DNA from: an uncultured Gammaproteobacteria bacterium
GTDB lineage: Bacteria; Patescibacteriota; Microgenomatia; UBA10105; UBA927
Direction: 5' to 3'
NCBI GenBank assembly: GCA_964553825.1
Contig: CAZKLT010000007.1
Span: forward strand, 1 to 56,670
Length of the DNA: 56,670 nt
Both the position numbers and the translations under genes were made by a program. The notes below the pieces were generated by a model, which did not search any database, was not told the DNA's origin, and saw nothing but the letters and a program-made list of their open reading frames with translations. Shown in pieces: positions 43,756 to 54,009 of the stretch. Positions within the stretch are counted from its first letter, which is position 1. The number at the start of each line of letters is the position of its first letter.

Positions 43756-44748
43756 ATGGTTGGTGTTTCTGTCATTGTTCCCACGTTTCAACGCATTGAG
43801 CAGACTGTTCACACAGCTGAGCTTCTTCTGAGCTCGACCGGCAAGGGGTCTGCCTTTGAGCTGGAACTTATCATTGCCGACAGTACGGCTGATTTCTCCC
43901 TGCGCGATGCGCTTTTCACGAAATTTAACCAGCAAATTACCTATATACGACCGGAAAAAACGGGGATTGCCGCCAACAAAAATGCTGGCGCAAAGGCCGC
44001 CAAACACCCGATTCTTATCTTTTGCGATTCTGACATAGAGACTGATCCCGGGACGATACTCCATACGATCGATTCGCTTCGTGCCCACGAGACGGCGGGC
44101 GCCGTAGGAAGTATCGTGCTGTGGCGCGGCGGGGCACATGACGGGGAATATGACCGTCCCCGTCCGGAAGACCGGATGAAGGTGGTGAAGCTGGCTACGT
44201 ACACCGAGGCGATCTATTCCCGGTATATGGCGACCTATAAAGACATTTTCTGGGCGGTCGGCGGGTATGACGATGTGGTGTTTAATATGCGGGGAGAGGG
44301 ATCGGATTTGTCTGCGCGGTATTGGCGGATGGGGTACCCGCTTATTTACGATAGCGATATCGTCGTTCATCATATGTATGAGGCACCTGATTCGGCGGCG
44401 CTGCGGGTTGCGCATCCTGAGTGGGATATTGCCAAGGATTTCCTGCTTCTGGCGTACAAATACAATATGTTTGACCGTGATTATCCCGCATTTGCCGCCA
44501 CCGTGGCCATGAATTTCGTACCGTTTGGTAACAGAAGTTCGTACCGGTTTATGCAGGGGATCGGGAAGCATGCGGAGCTTTTGGTTGCCGCCAAACCGAT
44601 TTTGGATGCGTACCGGGCGGGCGACAAACCGCTTTTTGACTTTAAATTCTTAGAAGTATTCTCGCAGCCGAAGCTGTTTGAAGCATGCATCAGTTCCGCC
44701 CCGCAGCGCCTCGCGGCTGCACGCGCGCATGCGTTTCCCACCGTATAG
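43756..44748 (+). CDS. GT2 family glycosyltransferase
   Basis: VSVIVPT, IIADS, KNAGAKAAKHPILIFCDSD (DxD), VGGYDD, GEGSDLSAR. Confidence 0.9.
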   Translation: MVGVSVIVPTFQRIEQTVHTAELLLSSTGKGSAFELELIIADSTADFSLRDALFTKFNQQITYIRPEKTGIAANKNAGAKAAKHPILIFCDSDIETDPGTILHTIDSLRAHETAGAVGSIVLWRGGAHDGEYDRPRPEDRMKVVKLATYTEAIYSRYMATYKDIFWAVGGYDDVVFNMRGEGSDLSARYWRMGYPLIYDSDIVVHHMYEAPDSAALRVAHPEWDIAKDFLLLAYKYNMFDRDYPAFAATVAMNFVPFGNRSSYRFMQGIGKHAELLVAAKPILDAYRAGDKPLFDFKFLEVFSQPKLFEACISSAPQRLAAARAHAFPTV

Positions 44749-44810
44749 CTGCATTGAAGCTAGAAAATAGCCTATAGCGTGCGTTTTGTGGTATAATAAT
44801 AGGTCAACCT

Positions 44811-47800
44811 ATGGTTCTGTCTGAAGCAAAAGACCAATCAGACCCCCGTGTTCGTGAAACCGCTGCGCGCCTGGAGCGGCGTATGGTTCCCGTGGATATG
44901 CATGTGGGCCGCTGGCTTGACCGGAAGTTTGTCTCCCAGCAGTACGAAGACGTAATCGGCGCGCTGGAAACGCATGGGCAGGTAGCAGAGAAGCTTCGGG
45001 ATAAGCGCCCCACCTCATCGGACTATGAACATGTGGTGTCGCAGTGGCGCGGCGCGTGCACGATCTATGCGCCCGAGCGTGTCACGCTTGCATCGGAAAA
45101 GGATAATCCGCTTCTGGATGCACTGGTTTATGTATTTTCTGCGCTGCAGGATTATGAAGGAGCTGCGGCGTTTCCCGGCGGGCCGTTTCTTCGTGCGCAG
45201 AAGACCCGCGGCGTGTCGATTAACCCCATTACCGACGAGGAACCATGGAATCCAAATCAGGATGTCTCCCGAAGTGAGTGGAAGCGGCTAAAACCTCGTC
45301 AGTCTGTCATCCTTGCAAATGACGCGAAGACCGTGGTTCGTGCGGTCAAAGGCGCTGAGAAGGTTCCTGAAGCCGTCATGCGCACACTTACGCTCCTGTC
45401 CGTTGCCGCAGAAGAAGATCCGAGTTTGCTTACACAAGCGTTTAATTGGTTTAAATTCCGTGTTGCCCATGTTCCCAACGGGGTGGCTCCCGCGTTGGGC
45501 GTGCTTGAGATAGCTGATCGTTTGGGCCAAAAGAATAATCCGGCATTTGCCCCACTTCTGCAGTTTCTCCCGTGGTATGTGCGGGAGCATGCAGGCAATT
45601 CAGATAAAGTTATCGGGCGGTATAAGTATGTAAGTAATCCGCCTCAAACGGGATTGCTGTATCGCACTGAGGGCAAACCGCTCTCCTTTGCGCTGCCTGA
45701 CGCCAAGCGGATACGGGATCTGGGTATGCGCCTGGAGTCCATGGAGGACCGGATGCGGCAGATGCGCGGCTCCCAGAATCTCGTCCTTGCGGCAATCGGC
45801 GTGAAAGATCTTTCGCGACTTGGTCAACTGCGGGAACAGATAGCCGCGGCGAAGTCCGAGCAGAAGCGTCTGACGGCGCAGTATTTCTCCCAATGGAACC
45901 GCATGATTGATGGCGTCGCCCAGTCGGTGCACGTTTCGGACATCATCATGAAGCAAGATCCGGACTCCGAAAATACGCAGCAGGTCGAAGAACTGCTGGA
46001 TGCATTATTTGGGGGAACGCCGTTTGTTCCGTCCAAAGCAACATCTGAGAATGAGACGTATAGCGGACACGTAGCCACGACGCGATGGGCCGCGAACAAT
46101 CCGCTCGTCCGGTTGCGGTACCTCATGGATAATCCGACGTTTGAAGTCGCCATGGCCCCCCTTCTGAAGGGGCAACCGCAGGCGGTATTTGAGCTAATGA
46201 AGCAGACGTATGCAAATATGCTTCGGGAGAAATATCTGGTCCGGTCGGACAAAGTAGACCGATTTTTGCGGCTAACGACGCGTGAAACGGTAGAGGATTT
46301 TGAGGAAGCCATGACGGCGCTTGTGGACAGTTATCCCGGTCATTATCTGGGCAGGATGCTCAGTGAGCGGCATGCATATATCCTTGCGCGATACCGTGAC
46401 CGTGTGAATGGGAAGATCCTTTCCCGTGTGCTGGATATGCGGGCAATACGGCGCGCCTGGAAGTACAAAGACGCCAAGAAAGCCTATGTTTGGAATTACC
46501 GGCGGGATCTTATGTACCTGACGCTTATAGCCACGACGATGATGATCGCATGGAATGCCGATGTATACCTGGGATTGATGCGAAAGGCCGATGAGTTAAG
46601 CCAGAAATGGGGATTGTCCCTGGATTCCATAACCTGGAAGCTTCCTGATGCCATAGAGGATTGGGCGCAGGGAAAGCGCGACGGAAATGATGATAGCGGC
46701 TTGCCACTAGGCCAAAACAACACACACAATACGCCGCAGCCGCTATCGACACCCATGGCAGGCGGGACGCCGCAGGGAGAATCGACCCAAACCGTTCAGG
46801 CTGTGCAAACGCAGATGGCCCAGGGAACACCGCAGGAAGACCCGTCCGCGACAGAGCCGGCAGGAGCGCCTTCGGCATCCGCAGCGCAGCCGGAAAAAAA
46901 GCAGCCGGAAGTGCTCTTTGAGCCGCCGGATTGGAGCGAGAAAGAGAATGAGTCATCAGGGGAGTCCGGTGAGCAAATACTGATCCGCTACGCCAAAATC
47001 ATCCAGCAGCCGGATGTTCCGGTTGAGCAGTGGTACATGGCTATGGAGCCTGGGGTCCAGGAAAACGGGACGATAGTGCCCGCAGATAAGGTGCAGCGTG
47101 TTTTGTTTTTCTTGGGCATGCAGTATCCCGAGGATACGCTGGTTTTGGAAGCGACGAATACGCGCTATTTCTATGCACCGCCGGGATGGGAGATCGTCGA
47201 CGTGTTTACGATGAGCGATGCGCAGGTTATGCAGACGCGGGAAGGAGCAGTTCAGTTTTTGACGGATCCCGGACGGGTACTGGTCGTATATCGCCAGCTT
47301 CCCAGTTCGCTGGGCGTGTTTCAGGCGGAAACGGTCGACCCGTACGATCGCGCTGTGAATGACGAGGCGTTCGGACGGCTTAATAGTCAGCTGGTTGCCG
47401 ACCCGGTGCTTCAGGGGTTGCATAGCGACTTTCTGCATGATCTTGAAGCGGCACAAACGAAACATGAAGAATCCGAGGTGGTGTTACGCTACGTCCGACT
47501 GATTCGTGAGCATATTTCCCGGACACGGCAGTACTCAAATACGACGCCGGGCCTGGACCAGAACAGCGACGGCATTGTATGGGTAGCAAACCATGCCGAT
47601 GAAGGATTTGAGTGTGAAGTAGCCCACCGGATGGTCAGTGAATTTCTCAATTCTGCCGGTGTTCTGACACAGGGAAATCCCGGAGAGCCCACTGTGCGGT
47701 TTGGCAACGGGCTGTGGGGCGATACTGTCGTGCATCTCAATACACGGGTTATCCTGCCGGACGGGCGAATCGTTATCGTCGATCTGACGCCGCTGCCGGG

Positions 47801-48635
47801 TATAGGCATTTCCTCCAGTGAGGAGGCAGCAGTCCCGCCGCCGGTGGCGCCGGACTTTTTTTCCATCTATCGTGATGAAATCCTGAGTCTTGCGGTGGGC
47901 GCAGGGTTGACCATCGGGGCCGCAGCTGCGCTTATCGGGCTTAGCCGTAGTATCGGCAAGCGCCGGCGGGATCGTCGCACTATGGTGCGTGGTGTAGCCA
48001 AGGTATTGGAGAACGGCGCGCCTATCCAGGAACTCCCCACAATGGATGCTTCCGAGACGGAGTTGGTTTTGGCGATGGCTCTGCATATAACGACGCTGCC
48101 GCAAGAGGACAATACGGATACAGAGATCGGTCGTACCATTCGCGCATTATCGCAGTATAGACCGCGCGTCGGGGTTCACGGGAGAGCGTCATATATCGTT
48201 GATGTTGCTGCCAACGACGAGACGGCTATGTCATTTTTGACCGCTTCACCGGAAACGGTCATGCGACAACTTGCCCAGCAGTACGGTTCGCGGAAAATTC
48301 ACGCATCAACACCGGAAGCTCTAACCGAGGAAATAGCCCGGTATGAAAGAGGGAAAACCGCCGTTTCTGCGATGTTTATCGACTATGTGCGACTGGTGAA
48401 GGCGATGTGGGGAGCGATGAGCGGTTTTGCCGAGCTTCGCGCGTCGGTCGTGGGCAGACTTATGCCCCAAGACGTCGATCTCCATGCGCGTATTGAGCAG
48501 GCCAGAGCGCTGATAAAGCAGCATTTCAAAGAGACATCTATAACCAGTGAAAATAAGTATGCAGTATCGATGCTTTGGGCCCTGGATGCGGTGCTTAAGG
48601 TTACTGCGCCAAAGCCAAAGGGGGATACGGAATAG
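44811..48635 (+). CDS. Giant two-TM protein with a transglutaminase-like domain (1274 aa)
   Basis: TMs at about res 567 and 1024; GFECEVAH (C935), VHLNTRV (H975), IVDLTP (D991). Confidence 0.7.
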   Translation: MVLSEAKDQSDPRVRETAARLERRMVPVDMHVGRWLDRKFVSQQYEDVIGALETHGQVAEKLRDKRPTSSDYEHVVSQWRGACTIYAPERVTLASEKDNPLLDALVYVFSALQDYEGAAAFPGGPFLRAQKTRGVSINPITDEEPWNPNQDVSRSEWKRLKPRQSVILANDAKTVVRAVKGAEKVPEAVMRTLTLLSVAAEEDPSLLTQAFNWFKFRVAHVPNGVAPALGVLEIADRLGQKNNPAFAPLLQFLPWYVREHAGNSDKVIGRYKYVSNPPQTGLLYRTEGKPLSFALPDAKRIRDLGMRLESMEDRMRQMRGSQNLVLAAIGVKDLSRLGQLREQIAAAKSEQKRLTAQYFSQWNRMIDGVAQSVHVSDIIMKQDPDSENTQQVEELLDALFGGTPFVPSKATSENETYSGHVATTRWAANNPLVRLRYLMDNPTFEVAMAPLLKGQPQAVFELMKQTYANMLREKYLVRSDKVDRFLRLTTRETVEDFEEAMTALVDSYPGHYLGRMLSERHAYILARYRDRVNGKILSRVLDMRAIRRAWKYKDAKKAYVWNYRRDLMYLTLIATTMMIAWNADVYLGLMRKADELSQKWGLSLDSITWKLPDAIEDWAQGKRDGNDDSGLPLGQNNTHNTPQPLSTPMAGGTPQGESTQTVQAVQTQMAQGTPQEDPSATEPAGAPSASAAQPEKKQPEVLFEPPDWSEKENESSGESGEQILIRYAKIIQQPDVPVEQWYMAMEPGVQENGTIVPADKVQRVLFFLGMQYPEDTLVLEATNTRYFYAPPGWEIVDVFTMSDAQVMQTREGAVQFLTDPGRVLVVYRQLPSSLGVFQAETVDPYDRAVNDEAFGRLNSQLVADPVLQGLHSDFLHDLEAAQTKHEESEVVLRYVRLIREHISRTRQYSNTTPGLDQNSDGIVWVANHADEGFECEVAHRMVSEFLNSAGVLTQGNPGEPTVRFGNGLWGDTVVHLNTRVILPDGRIVIVDLTPLPGIGISSSEEAAVPPPVAPDFFSIYRDEILSLAVGAGLTIGAAAALIGLSRSIGKRRRDRRTMVRGVAKVLENGAPIQELPTMDASETELVLAMALHITTLPQEDNTDTEIGRTIRALSQYRPRVGVHGRASYIVDVAANDETAMSFLTASPETVMRQLAQQYGSRKIHASTPEALTEEIARYERGKTAVSAMFIDYVRLVKAMWGAMSGFAELRASVVGRLMPQDVDLHARIEQARALIKQHFKETSITSENKYAVSMLWALDAVLKVTAPKPKGDTE

Positions 48636-48697
48636 TCATGGCCGTTTCCCTCCGGTGATACCTTTCCTGCCCATCTGACATCTGATACTCTAGAAGA

Positions 48698-49765
48698 GTG
48701 AAACCTCTGCGGATTGCCCAGCTTGTCCTCCCATGGATCCCCTTGCCGCCTCCCGGGTATGCCGGAACCGAGCGCGTCGTGTATCACCTGACGGAGGAGC
48801 TGGTGAGGCGCGGCCATGATGTGACGCTGTTTGCCTCCGGGGACTCGCATACGTCAGCGAAACTGGAAGCAGTCCTTCCGCGTGCGCTTGGCCTGCAAGA
48901 CGACGTGAAGGCGGCTCAGGCGGGCTCGTTTTATCCACTCATGCACGTTGCTCATTGTTTCCAGCTGGCTGACCAGTTTGACATCATCCACTCTCATGCA
49001 CAGTTTTTGGGGCTTCCGTTTGCGGCAGCTTCCAAAACGCCGTCGGTGCACACCTTCCACCGGGTGTATGCGTTCGCCAATCCGGACGAGCAGGACTTAG
49101 TGATGCAGTATGGCAAGCTCAATTACACATCCATCAGTAACGCGCAGCGGGTGCCCGGGGTACACTATGTTGCAACCGTCTATAACGGCGTGGACACGTC
49201 GGTGTATAGACCGGGTGAGAAGCCGACGCGTGATTATCTTTTTTGGGCGGGGCGAATGATAGACAAGAAAGGCCCGCTTGAGGCAATTCTTGTGGCAAAG
49301 AAGCTCGGACTCAGTCTCGTCATGGCGGGAGAAGTGACGGAGCCGGCATACTTTGAGCGCGTCATTAAGCCGCATATCGATGGCGTGCATATACAGCTGG
49401 CACAGCACGAAACGCGCGAAAGTCTCATTATCCTGTATCAGAATGCGAAGATGACGATCGTTCCCACGAAATGGAATGAACCGTTTGGACTCGTACCCGT
49501 CGAGTCGCTCGCCTGCGGGACTCCCGCTCTTTCGTATGCCAATGGCGGGGTGGTGGAGACGATTGCGCAGGGAACCGGATTTCTGGTTGACGAAAAATTA
49601 GGGGTGGATGGGCTTGCAGCAAAAGTGAAGGAAGTGATGGATATGGATGGACCGTCGTATCAATCCATGTGTGAGAGAGGACGACAACATGTGCTCAAGA
49701 ACTTTTCTGTCGAAAGCATGGCGGACGGGTACGAATCGGTGTATACGAAGATTCTTGGCTTGTAG
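48698..49765 (+). CDS. GT4 family glycosyltransferase (AviGT4-like)
   Basis: PPPGYAGTERVV, LFASGDS, WNEPFGLVPVESLACGTP. Confidence 0.92.
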   Translation: MKPLRIAQLVLPWIPLPPPGYAGTERVVYHLTEELVRRGHDVTLFASGDSHTSAKLEAVLPRALGLQDDVKAAQAGSFYPLMHVAHCFQLADQFDIIHSHAQFLGLPFAAASKTPSVHTFHRVYAFANPDEQDLVMQYGKLNYTSISNAQRVPGVHYVATVYNGVDTSVYRPGEKPTRDYLFWAGRMIDKKGPLEAILVAKKLGLSLVMAGEVTEPAYFERVIKPHIDGVHIQLAQHETRESLIILYQNAKMTIVPTKWNEPFGLVPVESLACGTPALSYANGGVVETIAQGTGFLVDEKLGVDGLAAKVKEVMDMDGPSYQSMCERGRQHVLKNFSVESMADGYESVYTKILGL

Positions 49766-49768
49766 AAT

Positions 49769-49840
49769 TGTATTCACGATGCCAACCCTGAGTCTATTTT
49801 TGAACAGAAAGATGAATTGCGGGTCAAGTCCGGAATGACA
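49769..49840. repeat. Degenerate GTCAT-type REP-like element
   Basis: Ends TGAATTGCGGGTCAAGTCCGGAATGACA, similar to 1294-1320. Confidence 0.55.
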
Positions 49841-49850
49841 AAACATACCT

Positions 49851-50930
49851 ATGAAAATCCTGCTCATTGCCCCCAGTATCTACATGTCGGAGCGTTTTGC
49901 GGACATGATTTACGCGCCGAAAGATTTGGCCGTCGATCTTGCTGACGGATTAGTGAGTGCAGGACATGCCGTAACCTTTGCAGCGGCTCCCGATATAAAA
50001 ACCAAAGCAACACTACTGGCAGGGGAGCAGTCGTATATCGACGCCTACGTAGAGCAACGATCCGATACAGAGCGGCTCCTTATTAAGCGAACCTATGAAC
50101 TTGATTTGCTGTCGCGTGCCTTTGCAGCGGCTCAACCCGAAGCGTTTGATATCGTCCACGTGTTTGCCATCACGGCTGCCCACTATCTGGAGCGATTTAC
50201 CCGGGTGCCGGTGGTATACACCATCCACGATCCGCTTCCGGCCAAGGGCACGCTTTCGCGGATTATTTTCGAGCAATTTGCCGGTCACCGGTTTATTTCC
50301 ATAAGCAATAGTCAGCGCCGAGGCGAGCTCTCTCTCCGGTTCGAGGCTACGGTGTATCATGCGGTTGATGTGCAGCGGTATCCGTTTGTGGAAGCCCCTG
50401 CCGCTCGCTGGGTCTTTATGGGGCGTATGGTGCCTGAAAAGGGCCTTGACGATGCCCTAAAGGCCGCCGTCGTGATGCATGCGCCTCTTGTTGCCGCATC
50501 AGACTGGGAAACAGCCGATGCGCAAAATCCGTTTATCCAATCGCTTACGCCGCTTCTTGATAATCCGATGATTAAAAAAGTAGGGGTGGTGGACCGGGAT
50601 AAACGCGCAGCGTTGTTGGGAAGTGCACGAGGGCTTCTTTTCCCTATAAAGTGGGAAGAGCCGTTCGGGATGGTGATGATTGAGGCAATGGCTTGTGGTA
50701 CGCCGGTAGTAGCCTACGATCACGGGTCGGTGTCGGAAGTGGTGAAGGATGGTGTGACGGGATACATCGTGCGTCCCCAAGACGGCGTTGCGGGGCTTGT
50801 GGCGGCCATGCGTGCCATTGACCGCATCGACCGGCGTGCCTGCCGTGCGCGGGTGGAGAAGCTGTTTTCCGTATCCACAATGGTACGCGGGCATGAATCA
50901 GTGTATAAAAAGATACTTTCAGCCTCTTGA
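49851..50930 (+). CDS. GT4 family glycosyltransferase (AviGT4-like)
   Basis: FMGRMVPEKG, WEEPFGMVMIEAMACGTPVV. Confidence 0.92.
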   Translation: MKILLIAPSIYMSERFADMIYAPKDLAVDLADGLVSAGHAVTFAAAPDIKTKATLLAGEQSYIDAYVEQRSDTERLLIKRTYELDLLSRAFAAAQPEAFDIVHVFAITAAHYLERFTRVPVVYTIHDPLPAKGTLSRIIFEQFAGHRFISISNSQRRGELSLRFEATVYHAVDVQRYPFVEAPAARWVFMGRMVPEKGLDDALKAAVVMHAPLVAASDWETADAQNPFIQSLTPLLDNPMIKKVGVVDRDKRAALLGSARGLLFPIKWEEPFGMVMIEAMACGTPVVAYDHGSVSEVVKDGVTGYIVRPQDGVAGLVAAMRAIDRIDRRACRARVEKLFSVSTMVRGHESVYKKILSAS

Positions 50931-50971
50931 CAAGGCCGTATCATTTCGACAAAATGAACTTGGAGATAAAA

Positions 50972-51535
50972 ATGTCGGACATTCAATTACCCAGCGAAGA
51001 AACCATCATTGCGACAGCGAAATACCTCATGGAGAAGGCGCCTGTCGAAGCCACAAAATACGCACCTGTGCGTCAGCTTTTGTGCCGCGTGGTCGCAGGC
51101 GACAGTGTGGCCGCAAAGGATTTGCCATCGTACAATCCGTTTTATATCGAGCGCAGCCTTGCGCGCATGGTGAATCAGGGCTTTGTGGAGAAAACAAAGG
51201 ACGGCTACGAGGCTACCATGGAAGGCAAGCGCTGGATGCTTAAATATGCACTTGAGGATCTTTCCGTCCCTACACCCAAGAAATGGGATGGCCGGTGGCG
51301 CATGGTTATTTATGATGTAGCCAGGCACAAAGCGTCCCTTCGGAACCTGTTCCGTAACACCCTCAAGCGGCTCGGGTTTTATAACCTTCAGGAGTCAACA
51401 TGGATTTATCCGTATCCCTGTGAGAAGGAAATTCACTTCATCCGTGATTACTGCGGCATGGGGAGCGATGTCATCTATATTATCGCCCACAAAATAGAGA
51501 ATGACGCGCCCTATCGGGCTAATTTCGGCCTCTAG
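50972..51535 (+). CDS. PaaX-like regulator with Cas2-like C-terminal domain
   Basis: wHTH-like N-terminus; KWDGRWRMVIYDV...LKRLGFYNLQESTWIYPYPC; GGAG SD. Confidence 0.8.
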   Translation: MSDIQLPSEETIIATAKYLMEKAPVEATKYAPVRQLLCRVVAGDSVAAKDLPSYNPFYIERSLARMVNQGFVEKTKDGYEATMEGKRWMLKYALEDLSVPTPKKWDGRWRMVIYDVARHKASLRNLFRNTLKRLGFYNLQESTWIYPYPCEKEIHFIRDYCGMGSDVIYIIAHKIENDAPYRANFGL

Positions 51536-51646
51536 GTACTTGTAAAAACTGTGGAATCTGCTTGTAAAGATTGGTAAAAACCTGCAAAAATCTGCCTCAG
51601 ACTTTCTCCTGCGCTGTACACATCTCCGGTCTGGTATTATAGAATT

Positions 51647-53077
51647 GTGAGGATCTTATTTGTTACGAGTGAGGTAGCGGGGCTCTACAAACTGGGTGGA
51701 TTGGCAGATGTGAGCTATTCGCTGCCAGTGGCGTTGGCTTCGCGTGGAGTTGATGTCTCGGTCGTGATGCCGTATTACGAGAAAATACGACTGTCGGATG
51801 TCGTTTGTGTCGGGCAGATGGCACTCGATTTTGACCGCCGGCGCGAGCTTTTGTTTATTTTTCGGACGTATCTTGCAGGAAGCCGTCTCCCGGTATATCT
51901 CATCCGGCACCCCCGGCTGCATGTCTATGAAGGAAAGGACATGGCTGGCCGGTTTGCCTTCTTTTCCAAAGCAGTTGCGCAGCTCTATCTCTACTCCCAG
52001 GAAACACTTGGCGGACCGTATGATGTGGTGCACTGTAATGACTGGCATACGGCACTGGTGCCCATGCTGGTTGGCGAAATATCGCATATCGCATACCGGG
52101 AGCGAACAACGATACAATCACAGCGGGCCAAAACCGTGCTGACGGTACACAATCTCATGTATCAGGGGGAAACAGGTCAAGCGGTAACATTGAAGCTCGG
52201 ATTGCCCAAAAGTGCGTTCCATTCGTTTATGACCCCTCTGGGGCGTGCCGTGCGGTTCCTTCAGGAAGGGTTTGAATACGCCGATAGGGTAACCACCGTA
52301 TCACCGACCTATGCCAAGGAAATTGCCCGTGGCTACCATGGGAAACGGGTGAAAGAAACATTCGTTCGCCGGGGAGACCGCATCCTGGGCATCCTCAATG
52401 GCATAGACACGACGGTGTGGGATCCGCGTCTCGATCCGTCTATCCCGGTGCATTACACCATCAGAAACGTGGAAACAGCAAAAAGGAAAATTAAAGACCG
52501 TTTGCGCGCGAGCCTGCGTCTGGCTCAGAAGGACGTTCCGTTATTCGGATTTGTCGGGCGGTTTGAGCCAAATCAGAAAGGCCTTGACCTCATCGCGCAT
52601 ATGATAAAAACGCTTCCTTCCGATAGTTTTCAGGTGGCGCTCCTGGGTACCGGCGAAAAATCACTGGTCACCCAATTTGTGAACCTCGCCAAGAAGTATG
52701 AGAATGTTGCATTCACCCACACGTTTGACGAGAGGCTCGCGCGGCGGATGTATGCCGGCAGTGATGTGATGCTCGTACCGTCCAAATTTGAACCGTGCGG
52801 ATTGACCCAAATGATTGCCATGCGGTACGGAACGTTGCCGCTCGTACGGAAAACCGGGGGATTGGCTGATACGGTACGTGATGGTTCTACTGGTTTTGTA
52901 TTTAATCGATATACTCGAGATGCACTCGCTCAGCGAGCGAAGGAAGTGATTCGTTTTTATCATGCGAAGCCTGATGTCTGGCAGACGATGATACGGCGGG
53001 CGATGCGGGTTGATTTTTCCTGGAAAAAACAAGCCGCGAAGTATACGAAACTGTACCAACAGCTCATTGACGGTTAG
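51647..53077 (+). CDS. glgA: Glycogen/starch synthase (GT5)
   Basis: SEV...KLGGLADV, HCNDWHT, GILNGID, PSKFEPCGLTQMIAMRYGTLPLVRKTGGLADTV. Confidence 0.95.
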   Translation: MRILFVTSEVAGLYKLGGLADVSYSLPVALASRGVDVSVVMPYYEKIRLSDVVCVGQMALDFDRRRELLFIFRTYLAGSRLPVYLIRHPRLHVYEGKDMAGRFAFFSKAVAQLYLYSQETLGGPYDVVHCNDWHTALVPMLVGEISHIAYRERTTIQSQRAKTVLTVHNLMYQGETGQAVTLKLGLPKSAFHSFMTPLGRAVRFLQEGFEYADRVTTVSPTYAKEIARGYHGKRVKETFVRRGDRILGILNGIDTTVWDPRLDPSIPVHYTIRNVETAKRKIKDRLRASLRLAQKDVPLFGFVGRFEPNQKGLDLIAHMIKTLPSDSFQVALLGTGEKSLVTQFVNLAKKYENVAFTHTFDERLARRMYAGSDVMLVPSKFEPCGLTQMIAMRYGTLPLVRKTGGLADTVRDGSTGFVFNRYTRDALAQRAKEVIRFYHAKPDVWQTMIRRAMRVDFSWKKQAAKYTKLYQQLIDG

Positions 53078-54009
53078 ATGCGCGTATAGGAGACTGCGCG
53101 TCCTTTTCCGTGAGGCACAAAGATCCCAAGGGCGGTGAGTTTTGCCAGATCGCGTGAGGCGGTGATCTGGGATATCCGGAAGCGCTTCTGAATCGTTTTG
53201 TTCGTGAGGGAAGCCTGAGGATTATCAAGAAGATGAATGATTGCGCGTTGTCGATCATTCAGAAGCGCTATTTTTGACGGAGTGAGCTTTGAGGGCTGGG
53301 CCATTTGGGCGGCGAGTTTTTCGTAGTGTGTGCATAGGGATTGGGCAAAATAGAGGAGCCAGATGTTGAGATTTCCTTCCCTCGAAATGCTTTCGAGCGC
53401 AGTACGGTATACACCAGGCTCCAGCGACCACTGATATTCCGGGGCAGCGAGCCCTCGGAGTAAATAGCCTTCGTTTGACAGGTACAGTGTCGCCATAAGA
53501 TGAGCGAGCGGTTCTGCGTGGCGCTGCCCAAGAATAGACGCCGTGAGGATCCCTGAGGCAATCCCCGCCCGCACGACTGCATGCTCCTGATTTTCCAGAT
53601 ACTGGAACAGTTGCTTCATGGATCTCTGATCAGACGCAAAGGCCCGTTTGTATGACGCAAATGGGCCGATATATACCAAGTCTCTCAATTCAGCCAACGT
53701 GTCTGCGGTAACTGATTTTGGGTTGGCGATCCAGGTATCTTCGATGTATGTCATGGCATTGTTGTACCCGGTAACGATAGGCGCGCCGTGCTTGTGTCCA
53801 TCCGCGAGCGTTTGTTCGATCTCATTTTTGGTGACCTTAATGCCAGCCAGCGCAAGCGATCCGCCAATTCTGTTTATACGGGCTTGCCAGCGAATCATAT
53901 GCTCAACGGCAGTGGAGAGAGGGAGTGTGAGGATCGGGATCCGCAAAAGGTCGATTTGGCGGAGATTTTCACGGAGATCGGAAGTGATGGTATAGGCAAA
54001 TGGAAGCAT
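53074..54009 (-). CDS. Fic-family protein with degenerate active site and C-terminal wHTH (311 aa)
   Basis: GSLALAG...VTKNEI; HPFxDGNGR replaced; LNDRQ...ISQITASRDLAKL...GKGRAVSY. Confidence 0.75.
   Translation of the reverse strand: MLPFAYTITSDLRENLRQIDLLRIPILTLPLSTAVEHMIRWQARINRIGGSLALAGIKVTKNEIEQTLADGHKHGAPIVTGYNNAMTYIEDTWIANPKSVTADTLAELRDLVYIGPFASYKRAFASDQRSMKQLFQYLENQEHAVVRAGIASGILTASILGQRHAEPLAHLMATLYLSNEGYLLRGLAAPEYQWSLEPGVYRTALESISREGNLNIWLLYFAQSLCTHYEKLAAQMAQPSKLTPSKIALLNDRQRAIIHLLDNPQASLTNKTIQKRFRISQITASRDLAKLTALGIFVPHGKGRAVSYTRI

Noticed and set aside
50972-51535. CRISPR-associated Cas2 / CRISPR locus
   Set aside because: No repeat-spacer array, cas1 or other cas genes in the window; the WDGRW + wHTH architecture fits PaaX-like proteins
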